Shown piece by piece: positions 50,424-63,793 of a stretch of 64,000 nucleotides of DNA; within the stretch, counting starts at the first letter, position 1; each line of letters begins with the position of its first letter. The DNA comes from Magallana gigas (taxonomy: Eukaryota), in NCBI RefSeq assembly GCF_963853765.1, contig NC_088859.1:15562001-15626000 (forward strand), read 5' to 3'. The position numbers and the translations under genes were made by a program. The notes beneath the pieces were generated by a model, which made no database searches, had not been told where the DNA came from, and saw only the letters and a list, made by a program, of their open reading frames with translations.

Positions 50424-53119
50424 CTGGCGTTGGCCAGGCTTTAAAAAAAAAGATACATGTAGTATAAAGTATAAATTTAAATGATATTAATGATCGAGTT
50501 TCTCGCTAATGTTACTTTACTTTTACTTACGGCAATATTCTCAAATGGGGGAGGGGGGGGGGGGGGCAGAGGCACATTTAGGCTCTTGAAGTGTGTGAGA
50601 AGGTCGGCGTTTTATTAATGATGAACATATCCAGTTTGTAAAATTGCTAATCAGTTATTGCACTTGTTATATATTTTTTTAAATAGCTAGCGTTTGACAC
50701 ATAAAAGCTAGACTGTACATGTGTTTTTACCTGAATCATTTTAATGACTGCATCTTCGAAGATGTCTCCCCTATAGCACAGAAATACGTGTAAATGAATT
50801 AATGTTTTATTTCTCTAAAACCATATCAATGGCACACGAGCAAGACTCCCACCTTTTCACATTAATTTCCGAAAAGATCTGTTTTGTCTTGAGTTTACAA
50901 AGAAAAGTCTTCCTGTATTTTTGCCTCTTAACCTCAATTTATATTCATGAACATATTTCTTTGGAAATCCCTAAAAAATGGGAAGCAGCATCAATAGGCT
51001 ACATTGTGCACGACTAGTTCATTTGTAATAAGTTTATGTGTTTAAAATACATTTCAGATTGACATCTCCATCAAATTCATGACATCCTCCCCCACTATTC
51101 ATCTCTCCCGATACCACACACAGGCTTTTAAGAATGTCATGCTGTTGATACAATGTGACCGGAACTTTGAACTATATATTTATTCTAAATTTCCAAAATA
51201 ATGATAAATTAACCACCAAAAAAACCTCTTTATGAAAAGAGGGATAACTCTATTGTCAAGTTCATACAAAACCGACAATATCTTGCATCTTGGCTAAAAT
51301 CTGTTGCTATGCAAGACTGGTTCAGAAATGTAGAAAATTCACCCAAATGTTATTTTAAAGGATTTTGTATGATATTAAGGGTCATTTTTACAAAATGTAG
51401 AACATGTAACCACAAATTACCAATAATTGAAACAGGAAGGTGAAATAACTTAATTAACATAGAAAGATGTTTTAACATTTGGTGACTAATACTACTACAT
51501 AATGCAGTGTATGTAATGGAATGCCTGGCATTTAATTTTAGTCCGTAACAAATTAATTGATGAGATATACTCAACGAATGTTAACTTATAAATTTGGAAA
51601 TCATTAAATACCATAGATATTAATCTATTGAAAAAGTTGTCCATATATAAATTGCGTTAAAAAATATTTGCTCAATTTATTCAAATTTCTTTATTTTTCC
51701 TAACTTGATCCTGCATTTGTACATTTGTAAATGTTTTTTTGTACCTCATCATGTACCGTTTATGTGGGTTGAGAGAAACAACCCCTCAAACATTCATTCA
51801 TCTTAGACTATACTAATCTCATGGAAAAGAAAAGCTCTGTTTAAAGACCGGAATATTTTCAAATTCTAAAGCTTAAATAATGATAATAGTGATGTATGTA
51901 TCTCAAGTGGCACGTACATAAATGCTAGTTTGTTCCTAGAAGTTTTAAATGTTGAATAATCTGTACAATGGAACGGGAACAATGGAAACCGTCCTCTATA
52001 ATGTTCTATACTTAGTCTATCGGCAGCAATGTCTGCTGTATAAATTACAAGGAAACCTACATCAGTAACTTTTGACGTGAAATAACTTACTGATATCATG
52101 TACCACCCCCATCCCCCTCCCCCAATAAAACATTCAATATCTAAAACAAGCTAGCAAAATATTAATGGCGAATCACTGGCGAAATTGTGACAAATGATGC
52201 TATAGGCGAAAGTTAAGACAGTGTTCTTTTGATAATTTTTTAAATTAAAACTTACGTACTTATTATTCATTACCTTTAGTAGTATCATTTAGAGAATCGC
52301 TGTGCTTTGCAAACGATGACTTACTTTGAAATTTGGACAATTAATGTACAGGTTGTCCCACATGATACATTAAATAATTACACTTTGGGGTTTTTGGTCA
52401 TTGAAAAAATAAAAATTGATTCTAAAGTCTAAATTTTTACCTGATGCTTAAAGCATTTGCACAAATCTCAAATAAGAACCTATTAATTACTGTATGAAAT
52501 TAAAATTCAGTTTCATTTATTTCTCTTCGAGCCAATACAATTACGTACATGTAGCTATAGATAATATTTGTTGACTAACTTGAATTCATGTTTGCCGTTT
52601 GTTTACGAAACCACGTCTCCACTTGCAATTTCATCCAGCTGTTTTCGTAAACAGATTGTTTACAAGTGATCTTCAAGACATATCCATTCTATACAGAAGA
52701 TTTCATTGAATAATTTAAATCTTAGTCTCTGGTTATAGGCGTTGATCTTTAAAAACCTTTCTCCGGACAATAATTGACTTTGGGTATGGTGTTGACAATT
52801 TCGTCTAAACACTTTTAAACTCTCTATTATAGAGAAAAAGACCCGTGGCCCTTATAGCAATTGTTTTGTTGCAGAGAGGTGATAAGCTAATCTAAAGAAA
52901 TAATATTTTCAGTTTTCACCCTTGTTTATCGACTGTCAAAAATATGGACCCCCGCAGTTGTGCCATGCAAAGGGAAATTTTCAGCAAGGTTCGGCTGGTG
53001 AAAAATTAACAAAAAGTTAATTAAACTGAAAAATCTTACCTGACAAGCGTTGGGGACCTGGATTTAAATTTCATTTCAGATATTGTGCATGAGCCAAAAT
53101 TTTGATTGGATTTTTCACG

Positions 53120-53614
53120 ATGGAGTTACGGAGCATTGCCTTTGAGTTGGGGCTAGAACGATTGCAGACAGAAACGACATTTGTGAAAGATGAAGCCCTG
53201 AAAGTACATTGCCAGCAATTTAATGAAGACTTAGAAGAGGAAAGGTTCTTTCGACAAGTGCGGCCTGCGTATGTAACAGAAATGGAACACTCCGTTACTA
53301 GTATACAGCGGGGATCTCTACCCTCGGGCTCGGAATTGTTTCGGCAGGCGATGTTAGACTACGGGAAAGTGTTTCGAGAACAACTGGCGGAAAAAGACAA
53401 ACCATGTGATGAGGTCGCCGAAGAAAGTGATGTTGTGGAATCTCAAATGAAAGACAAAGTACCTACCCATAAGAATACAGCCAGGAGACCCAGTCAGAGG
53501 AAGTCATCTCTTGTGTACCCACCCAGAGGCCAACCCGTGTTACGTAGATTGTACTCCGTTCAACTGGACAGGAGCACAGTGCAGGCTCAGAGTTTCGGGG
53601 GCCGGAAACGGTGA
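53120..53614 (+). CDS. Uncharacterised 164-aa protein, single coding exon
   Basis: ATG at 53120 follows an acceptor (ttcatttcag, 53079) and an in-frame TGA at 53090. GC is elevated relative to the flanks. Reads MELRSIAFELGLERLQTETTFVKDEALK...GGRKR*, with AATAAA right after the stop and again at ~53814. No family recognised. Confidence 0.65.
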   Translation: MELRSIAFELGLERLQTETTFVKDEALKVHCQQFNEDLEEERFFRQVRPAYVTEMEHSVTSIQRGSLPSGSELFRQAMLDYGKVFREQLAEKDKPCDEVAEESDVVESQMKDKVPTHKNTARRPSQRKSSLVYPPRGQPVLRRLYSVQLDRSTVQAQSFGGRKR

Positions 53615-55130
53615 ATAAAATTTCTGGGATTTTTGAAGACATGTCGGTATATATGTATACTAAATTTATCCCCAAAAAGCAATTTCATGAACGAATGAAA
53701 CACGTATAATGCATGCGTGTTGTATTTTTTTTTAGTTGATTATATAACTTTTGTTTCCAAGGAGAAAGATTATGAAACCATTAGATTTATTAGTTCCTAA
53801 TTTATTGTTTTCAATAAAATATGTATGGAAATTTGAGTTATTTTTATCATTACCGGTAAATCCGTAGCTTTGCTTGTCACGTGCATACAAAAGCATCATT
53901 ATTCTATTTCAAGACCGACAAGATAGATACTGTTGACATAAATCAAGATTCATTGCAATTCTATCTATTACCGGTATAACAGATATTAAATAAATATATA
54001 CAGGTGGTCTCCATATGTTTTGATATGCTTCCATAGTAAGAAAATGCTATTATACATCATCATTATTTTTCATGCAAATAAAGGGTAAAGATGCAGTTAA
54101 ATTACAACTTTATTTAAGAATTTAAAGATACATGTTATAAATACGCAACATGTCATGATGAACAACGCATGCATGAATGAGCACCACGGAGATTGATTAA
54201 TTGGACACACTTGACTTATATCCCTGTTTTTTTTTCAAAACGTGTCATAAAATTAGCAAATTATGTAAATAATCGTTGTATACCTGGTAATGAATTCATT
54301 ACAAAACTTAATTCTCCTGTATTCCGCCGGAGCCGAAAGACCGATATTTCTGAACCAAGGCTCGAGAAACTTGCATTTCCCAAGGTAAGGGGAATCATAT
54401 TCACTTCTTGATAACTTGAATACTAGTACGTAAACTTGTGAATATTTTTTGTACTAATTCCTTTTGTTTATTTTACAACTCGGCGACAAGAAAGAGTAGG
54501 AGAGAATCCATGTATATTTCCATTGCTTCTTTTCGTTTTTACTTCCTATTTATCGTTGGGATGGTATATCGTTTAAAAGAAAATATAATACTTTCCTAGT
54601 TGATTGAAAATTAACAAACTCGATGGTTATCTGTCTCATATTTTAAAGGTATTATAAAAACCCGACACATATAAATAGCAGTGAAATTGTATGAGATTTT
54701 GTATGCGTTTGTTATGTTACTGGCGTGAAACGCTTACTGTTTTTAGTCTTTAACAATTTTAATAGAAATTTCTAACACTTGATACAGTGTTTTTATTTGA
54801 TATAATTAACTACTTTACATTTATCAAGATACCTACATGCATGTTTATTTTTGATGTTGTGTAAATAATAAATATACAATGTAAAACGAAATTCGTAAGG
54901 GATTTACGGTGTTCAACAAATATGATAATAAGGAATTTTATATTACGACTAGCAGGGCCCATATACATGAATAAACCAATTTGAAATTGTTGTAAATAAC
55001 GAACACTGATATAAAACAAAGTTAATTGCGGATAATGCGCATTTAGAACATCCCTAAGTTCTTAATTATTTCAACCTTGAATTAAAAAAAAAAGCATGTT
55101 TCTCTAATTTGACAGAAGAAAACGAGAATC

Positions 55131-56565
55131 ATGCAGTCGTTCTGGCTTGTAGTGGTGACGATAGCAGTCATCCGTCAATGTTTTTCAAAGACTCTGGATG
55201 ACGTAAAACTCAGTCGTAAGTTTTGTTTATCAAAATGGTCGTCTGCATTTATCATATAATCACCTTGCACCGTGTGTGTTGATTCTGTGCAAACGTTTGG
55301 ATATAAAAAGAAAAAAGAAACAAAACAGATAAAACAAATTTACGTTATTCAAATGATAAATATATTCACTACTACATGTACTTTATAACACCTAATATTA
55401 TGCAATGTGTTTCAAATAAGAATAATTGCTAAATATTGACAAGTATTTTTTTTTTTAATTTTTATAAGTCAAATCTGTGCATGTTTTTACTTGATGTTTT
55501 ATTTTATGGACAAAGAATTTCGGGAAATGTATAATTTTAATCTTTTATCTTATAATTTCTCAATTGAATTCAAGAACTTGATTGGTACATATCTGGGAAG
55601 ATATCAGATATAATCAAAGGAGAAGTTGAGGGACTATCTCAAAATATGACAGCAGATGAACTCGACTGTAAAAATAAGATAAACGTAGTAGCAGACACCT
55701 GTTTTGAATGCAGCAGGTAAATGAATTTCGATATCGATCAATCAAGTTGAATTTACGTGATTTTGGTGTCTAAATGCCACTTTATTGGCACGATTCTGTA
55801 TTAACATTTCACGAATGATATTTCTTTTTAAAAGGTTAATCCAAGAACAACAACCGCCAACAAATCATGTTGATTTTACAAGTACGTTTTTTATATGTAA
55901 ATTGATATTTTAAAAAAAGAATGATTTTCGGGACATCACATTTATGATTATATTAGTTAAATAAGTTTATGGATATATATGTGCGTGTTGATTTATTAAA
56001 TATTTTTTAAAATCTTCAGTAAGTTAAATACATAGCTTGCAAACAAATACAATGTGAACATGTATGTAAATCAAATGTGTACAAGTCATGTATCTATATA
56101 TAAACATGTACATGTATGAATTAAGTCAAAAAATTGATATATCGTTGCATTTCTTTTTGACAAAAGAGGTTCTACATGTACAAAAGGAAAAAACACAAGA
56201 CTGGAAGAAAATCAGAGGTATGAATATGGTCGAGACCCGAAAGTCGTAACGATAACCAAAAGGCAGTTCATTAATTATTTATAAACCGATTTTTTGATGG
56301 ATAAGCGCCATTCTAATAAATCTTTAAAACTAAATTAGATATTTTTGAACAACCATCACTCACTGTACTTGTTTTTTTTATTTTTATACAGATGTATGTA
56401 TATATATGTTGATTTTTATTTTCTGTTTCTTCCTTTGGACAGATAATATCTTAAAAGATATGACGAATGCAATAAAGAAAGCATCAGGTACTTTATTTCT
56501 GTCGACAAAGACAACATCAAACGCCTAAATAAGATTGAAATTACATTTTTTGGTAATAAACATTC

Positions 56566-56605
<40 letters not shown>

Positions 56606-57894
56606 ATACGGTATAACCAAAAAAAAACAAAACAATATTACAAAATGGATTGGGGGGGGGGCGTTAGTAGCATATACTTTGATTCATTAACATCTTTAAT
56701 TGTTTGATTCATTTATTTCTTTAGATTTCTTTGAGGAAAAACTTCGATTTCCAAAAATCAAGTTACCCAAAGTCAAACTACCTTCCGTAAATCTACAAAA
56801 TATAAAAATCCCAGATATCGATTTCAAGAAAATGTCATTACCAAAAGTGGACTTTTCCAAAATACAGATACCGAACATCAATCTTCCATCGTTCGATCTC
56901 TCCAGTATTCAGATACCCTCCATAACGATTCCAAAAATGGATTTTGGAAACATCCAGATCCCGGAATTTAGAATTCCCAGTGTCAAACTACCCAAAATAA
57001 GTTTTCCGAAGATTGACCTCGGTAGCATATTTCGTGGAAAGCGTTCCATTACCGATTGTAAAGATTGTGAACTTTTTCAAAGAGAGAGCAGGGAAAATAT
57101 ACTTCTGAAAGGTAAACTTTGGTTTATTTTCGTATGGTAAAGTTTAATAAATCTTCATGTTATAGATCTATATGTAAATGGTGCATGTGCTGGCAATTCA
57201 TGTATATGCATGTATATTGTGAAAGACATGCTCACTGTAACTTACCGTCTGAACAAATTCTGGTTTTTTTTTCACAGTTTGCGGCTCTCAGTATGTGAAC
57301 AGCATGAAATCCAGACAGGCATATTTGGATAAGTTAAAGTTACTCAATTCAGCACTGGAATCCGACTTTGTGTATAATGTAGGTAATATGTATTTATAAC
57401 ATCAAATAAACATATACTTATAATTATCAAAAAATGAATAAAAATTAAAAAAAAAAAAACGATAAAAGTACTTAAATTTTATCATTTATTATTTATTTTC
57501 GCAAGAATAATTTATGTGAACTTAAAGTTATTATTAAAATATTGATAATTTTAGAATTAGATAAATGTTCAAAAGAGATGTTTATTAATTCTTTTTTTTT
57601 AAATGGATACCTTAATATTACGGTGAGAAAAATATTTTAATATTTTTCAACCGTTTACACGTGTATGTGTAAATAATAATAATGATATTTCTTTCCACTC
57701 GTTTGTAGGTTACTTTCGATGAAAGCTCTTTGAACTTCTTGGAAATGTCCGTGAATCTGATCAGCATTGACTACAGATTGTCCAATTCCACAGCTCGTAC
57801 CTACAACGCCACGGGCGAAAAGTTCTATCTCATCGACATGATTCGATCAGCCGAAGTTCTGGCGCCAAAACTGTTCCAGGATTTTCTGAATTAA
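55131..57894 (+). CDS. Secreted prepro-protein (347 aa): signal peptide, Cys segment, amphipathic linker, P-x-hydrophobic pentapeptide repeats, GKR site, Cys-containing C-terminal domain
   Basis: Exons 55131-55215, 55575-55716, 55835-55881, 56167-56217, 56443-56487, 56725-57111, 57278-57378, 57709-57894; GT-AG, phases consistent, 1044 nt. Reads MQSFWLVVVTIAVIRQCFS...DCKNKINVVADTCFEC...FPKIKLPKVKLP..PDIDF..PKVDF..PKIDLGSIFRGKRSITDCKDC...KVCGSQY...FQDFLN*. Confidence 0.8.
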
Positions 57895-59693
57895 TTAAAG
57901 ACTAACAAAGCAGACGTCAACTGGACGTTAGGATAAGTTTTGCTTCTTTCAGGTGCTTGTTCCAAGAAATATTTGTTAATACATGTGTGTTTAAAACCGA
58001 CGATGTGCTCATTTCTGGAAAAAAATCTTGAAAATTTCTGTTTATGACTTCCAGCTGATGACGATATATAGTGTATCATATGAATGTCCACGTTTAATCA
58101 AGTTGATTTGAAATTAAAAAAAATGCATCGTTTTCATTGTGCACTGGTTTACTATAGATATATAAATGATTTATTCAACATATGCATGGTCTGCTCGTTT
58201 TCTGAACACAACTTTGCGATGCAAATGTTCCTTAAAATTCAATCAAGTACAACAATAAACCAAAGTCTACGAACGTCCAGAAAACTTGTTCATTCGAGAT
58301 TCGAAATACGTGATTCGAGATTCAAATATTTAAATGAACCAGTCAAATCATGGATCTGAAAACATGTATCCTAGTGACATCAAACAGTTCTAAATAAAGA
58401 CCATCCATTCGATCTCGAATGAGCTCTCTTGGCTATCGTAAAAGTTTACATAAAACAGGAGGTCTTCTTTACAGTATATGTAGTAATATAGCGTCACTTG
58501 TACAGAACGTGCGGATATCCATGGAATCAGTAGCTCTGACTGCATATAAAGTCATGAAATAACCAGTACTGGTAACATTTAGATACGAGTATAAAAATAT
58601 TAAAGATAAAATCAATCACCGAAATATTATAATCAAAAGTTAGTTAATGAATTGTCTGATCTAATGCTATGCAATTGCGTCGGAAGAAAATTGAAGGTGG
58701 AGTTGGGGCTAAACTTATCGGAGATCTTTACAAGTCCCCCCCCCCCCCCCCCCAAAAAAAAAATTATAACAAAAAAGTTTGGGGGGGGGGTGTAAGTGCT
58801 AGGCATGATAGAAATAGGATCAATATGCATTACAGTGTACAATACATTATCAAGTAGTAAAATTCTCAAGCAATTTAATTTTCATATAGAGAACAGCTAG
58901 CTTTGGTGGCTTAGTAAAATTCAAATTTCAGTAACATATACATGTACAAATTAAGATCGTCCTTTCTTGTTCAATACACGTCTTTACAATCTTAGGTTTG
59001 TGTTTCTCATTAAGTTATCTTTTGTTTATAGTTTCTCGACTTTTAAAAAGAATATTTGATAGTTAGTCGTAAGTAAAATGATCTTTATACATTTAAATTT
59101 ATGCTCCGCCTTTTTAGGAAAGTATGTGCATTTAAACCAGGATTCTTCTTGACGTCCACTTGACTCTTAAAAAAGCTTTCACTCTGCATCAATTGAGCCT
59201 TTCCCTAGTACTTCAAACTTGACGCAGACTCTCGTAAATGATTACAAGGACTATATAGTATGGATTACACAATCGAGTTATGTCACAGTATTTCTATTAA
59301 AGGTTAGGGACAATTCTCGCTTGAAAATAAAAATTTTGTCAAAGCATTATTACCTTAATCCTAAAAGCGCGATTTAGGTTTTTTAAATCATGTTTAGTTC
59401 CCCTGAACCCAAGATGTGAATATTGAATAACCTGTCGTCCGTCTGTCTCCGAACTTTTTACATTTTGGTTTTGTTTCCAAAACTACAGAGCTCAACAAAC
59501 TACATGCTGAACGAACCTTGTTCGAAAAAGATATCCAAGTTTTCTTCTTACTTGAAGGTGCATTTGGGATAAAGAAATTGTATTTAACTACTACTTAACT
59601 TATAAGGTGTCTGTTGGTTTCCGTTTACGACGCAACTTAGAGAGCGATATCAACATTTGATGTTAGATTAAATTGTGTTTATGTCACGACCCC

Positions 59694-59749
<56 letters not shown>

Positions 59750-59770
59750 AGCACGTTCTCTTAATTGCAT

Positions 59771-60120
59771 TTAAAGGGGCATGGTCACGATTTTGGTCAA
59801 ATTCAATTTTACTGTTTTTATTATTTACAATGCTTTAGGAATGTATTTCTAATAATCATGTGAAATTTGAGAGTCAGGCGTAGAGTTTTTAGCCAGATAC
59901 AAGGCTCACAATTCTTTGTCATGTAAACAAGGCTCGTGCCCTGTGTTTGTTTACGTACATGTAGGTTCCATGTACCAGTCTAAAATCTTTTTCAAGCTGA
60001 TTTGTCTATCTTCTTTTTCATTTTAAGCATAAATAAACAGTTTCTAACGTTTAACAAAATCATTTCAGTTCGAAAACTGGAATTTTCACTTCAACATTCA
60101 AAATGTAAACAAAAGCTTTG
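59771..60120 (+). mobile_element. Truncated copy of the ttaa-aggggcatggtcacg (Kolobok-like) element; another at 60653-60950
   Basis: 5' ends match the 26335 element; no 3' TIR seen. Confidence 0.6.
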
Positions 60121-61530
60121 AACAACTTGTGAAACTGATTATCTTGGTCCGACATCTCGTTCTGAAAAAAAGAATGTATACATGCGAAAAGTTGAAAGAT
60201 CTAGATAATCAATTATTTATGCGCAATTAAATTAAATATTAAGAGGCAGACTAGAGAACGTTTATTTACGTCATGAGAATAGGAAAAGGAGTAGCAAATC
60301 AGAAGTCGAAAAGATTTGCCTCTTATTATATAAGTGTTATATAACTGTTGAATACTTATACGAGATTTTCACAAATTGTAAGTCTTAGAAGGAAGTGCAA
60401 CAAAGAAGTAACATAATAAAACACCCATGTGGATGTGCATAATGCATATACGATTTTATCTAAAATAATAGATTTATAGCCCAAATGAACAATTCTGTAA
60501 ATATAAACAATCAAAGAATGGTGATTAAAGTTGATAATACATAATCCCCATGCATACACCCCCTTCCAGATTCAAGATATTAATTTGTGCAAAAATACAT
60601 TACTTTGCTCGTTATGGGTTAGCCACCCCCCCCCCCCCCCAAAAAAAAAGGTTTAAAGATGCATGGTCACGATTTTGGGCAAAAATTATTTTTCCGATTT
60701 TAATGTTTACAATGCTTCAGTAAGGCATTTTTAATTGGCAACCAACATTTTAGTGAGTTATAAGGGAGTTACAGAGTTTGCAATTCTTTGCTATGTAAAC
60801 AAAGCTTTTGTTTACATTTTGAGTGTTGAAGTAATAATTCCAGTTTTAAACCTAAAATGACTGAGTTAAACGTTAGAAACTGTGTCTTTATGCTGAAAAT
60901 GAATAAGGAGATAGACAAATCAGCTTGAAAAATCAGCTTTGTAGGGTCCAAAAATGACGTCGCCAGGGTGGGGCGATTATCCTCACCTCACGATCTACTA
61001 TAAAATATTTTATCTTCAAAAATAATTCTCATAATGCATTAAATTTTTTAGATATAAACTGAAATCTTAGAGAACGAGATTTTAATAATCTTTCCCGATT
61101 TGCCACGATTTAATCGCATCCGTAACATTACCTTTGGATCAACCCGCGTATATGCAACCATAAAAACTTTATCCTGCCCAATTTTCCACTTATTTTTTTG
61201 CCAGTTTTATCACAAAATCAATATGATAAGAAATGCACGTGTACTATAGTGTTACACTTATTATTTTCCTTTTATCCAAATAAGTTCTTAATTTCATAAT
61301 TACATGTTCATGTACATGTATTCTGCTACACACACGTAAAGATTCGTTCCACTCCAAAGGGATTGGGGCACTCACGATAAACAAACTTCTTAAACGGGGA
61401 AAGGTGAACAGTACAACCATTCACAAGTACATGTTCTTATGTTGATGAAACCGATGATTGGTCACGTATCACTTACGAGGCTGATTTTCGAAAAAGTTCT
61501 TGACCACTCTCGTCCAAATCAGATTTGAAC

Positions 61531-61557
61531 CAGGAAGTCGAGAGATGGTATATAACA
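61531..61557 (+). promoter_or_regulatory. Candidate core promoter of the EF-hand precursor gene: ETS motif CAGGAAGT plus TATA-like gtatataa
   Basis: The motifs lie ~50-75 bp upstream of the ATG at 61607; motif match only. Confidence 0.35.
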
Positions 61558-61606
61558 GCAAACAGTTAATCCTCATACCATAAACGTGTTAACCTTCTCT
61601 GGAGAC

Positions 61607-63793
61607 ATGGTAGCTATAATTTCTGTCAATTTATTTTTCTATTTAATTTGTTGAATCTTGAATTCTTTGTATTTTATTTTATAGTAAGAGTTATCAACCA
61701 TTAAGATCATTTACAATTTGAATTAATTTTGCGCGTTGTTTAATTTGATTGCATTTCCAGTACTGTTCTTTTTCTACCTGTAACTTGAATTCGTTTTATC
61801 TATTTGCTATCTTTTTACTCAAATCAAATATTACTATATATTGATGGCGCTTTAACCGTCATTTGTTCTTTAAACTAAATTGATTATAAACTCCAATTCT
61901 TTATTTTTTTTTTCAGGCCAAATTCCGCTACCTTACCATTCTTCTTTTGATTTGTCTACTGACCATTGATCATTCCGAATCATGGCGGCGCAGGCGTTTC
62001 CGGCGGTTTACCAGGAGAGTTGGCCGCGCAATTAGAAGAGTCAGAAGAACGATACAAACGGTGAACACAGCGGTCGGCGTCATCCGGGCGGTTGGAGCTA
62101 TAGCCGGGGCAGGAAAGCGATCAGCTGACGATGTATGTTTTTAAAAAAAAAATATTTTTTTCGTGGTATGATAGTTAACTGTGACTTTTTTAACAGTCTA
62201 TAATTAATGTTTTATGAAATTGTTTTAAACATGAAAATTTTATAGTTACTGTAGCTTGCGTATGATAATAGAATTAGATATAATAAATTTTTAAATGAAA
62301 AAGGGAGCTTTCTGAAATGCACATGTATAGAAACTGGTGCATATGCACATTCTTTTTATAGCAAAAAGAAATATTAACGTGGTTAAAATACAATTCCGTT
62401 TTTACTACGTATGTCGGAAATTCTCTAAACTATGAACCCTACAGAATTGCTTGAATTGTGATGAAACACTAAGTAGGGCAAAATTCTGTCAGTCAGTTGG
62501 GAGAGAGCAAACACTTTTTTTTCGTTGAGGCGGGTTAACATGAGTTAAGGTATTTTGCCTTATATTGCAGGTTCTTCCAGAAATAAACGTTTGTGACTTT
62601 AGCACCCTGGATTTAGACAAAGACTATGATGTGGATGAAGAAGAACTGATAACTCTCATACAAATGTCAGGATTAGAAGAACTAGAAGATTTGTTTGAAA
62701 AACTAGATAAAGATGGAGGCAAGTATTTGTTGGGTTTTTTTTTGGGGGGGGGGGGGTGGTGGATATGTTTGTTTTTTGTTTTGTTTTGTTTATTTATAGA
62801 ATTTTCTGTTAAAAATTATTCATAAGAACCTGTTTAAGTTGGTTTTTCGGTAACCTCACAGCAAACCAATCTTTTAAAATAACAAAACTATTCCAATTGA
62901 AATATAAATCACATAAATCAAATAAATTCTGTTAAGGACAGAAACAGGACGATATTTTAAAAATGCTTTTCGACATGTGATGAATTTTAAACAAAATACT
63001 CTTTAATCTTCTTTAAAGTTGGAAAAAGGTTTATTTTTCATCTTGAAACATTATACAATGTAGTTTAAATGGTAGAGTACGATGCATAATATTTGACTGA
63101 CTATTGCGTCGTTCAAGATTTTTTATATTAGGCTTTAAAAAAAAATCTTAAATATTATAAACAATGATGATTAAAACACTACAATTTTTGTTTTGTAATA
63201 GAATTTTTTTTTTTACAAAATACACGTTTTTACTCATACATATTGCTAAATGAAATCAATGATAAAATTGAGTGATTTTGACCTTGTCTTATATTGTAAT
63301 TATAAGGTTATTTTATGCTTTTGAAAAATAAAATAGATAGATTTGTTTACAATTGTTCGAAACACATCTTTGTTACAATATAAAGTATGGTTTGATTGAT
63401 AATTATATTCAAAAAATAATGAATGACTTAATAAAAGTATTATCATTATGCTATTGAACAGATAAGAAAATTACACAAGAGGAGTTCGATTCTTCCGACA
63501 TTATAGATGAAATATGCTCCGAGGATGAAAAAGGTAAGTAAATCCCAATGTCATTCAATGTTTTTAAAAAAATAATTTTGGTCTAAAATACTCATGTTGT
63601 GTGCCTAATTCAACAATACTGTATATTCAAAATTAACAACATGTAAACACAACAACACGTTAAAAGATTTCATTTTAAGGAAAACAACTCATGTCATGCA
63701 ATTACTGTAAGTTCTATGCTACTGGTATTTCTTCATCTATTTCATATAGAAGACAAACAAATAGAAAATGAAGATGCTAAAGGAACAGTATAA
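61607..63793 (+). CDS. Secreted precursor (160 aa): signal peptide, Arg-rich cationic peptide, GKR, acidic two-EF-hand prodomain; candidate antimicrobial peptide
   Basis: Exons 61607-61609 (ATG only), 61917-62132, 62571-62718 (GC donor g|gcaagt), 63462-63533, 63750-63793; 483 nt in frame. Reads MAKFRYLTILLLICLLTIDHSES-WRRRRFRRFTRRVGRAIRRVRRTIQTVNTAVGVIRAVGAIAGA-GKR-SADD..C..DLDKDYDVDEEEL..DKDGDKKITQEEF..C..KGTV*. Confidence 0.88.

Noticed and set aside
53120-53614. Faint resemblance to RD3 (MEL, ERLQ, LFR)
   Set aside because: Only scattered tripeptides with different spacing; not supportable without a profile search.
56990-57045. LGSIFRGKR resembling SIFamide (GSIF-amide)
   Set aside because: An Arg lies between Phe and the amidating Gly, and there is no upstream cleavage site giving a short neuropeptide.
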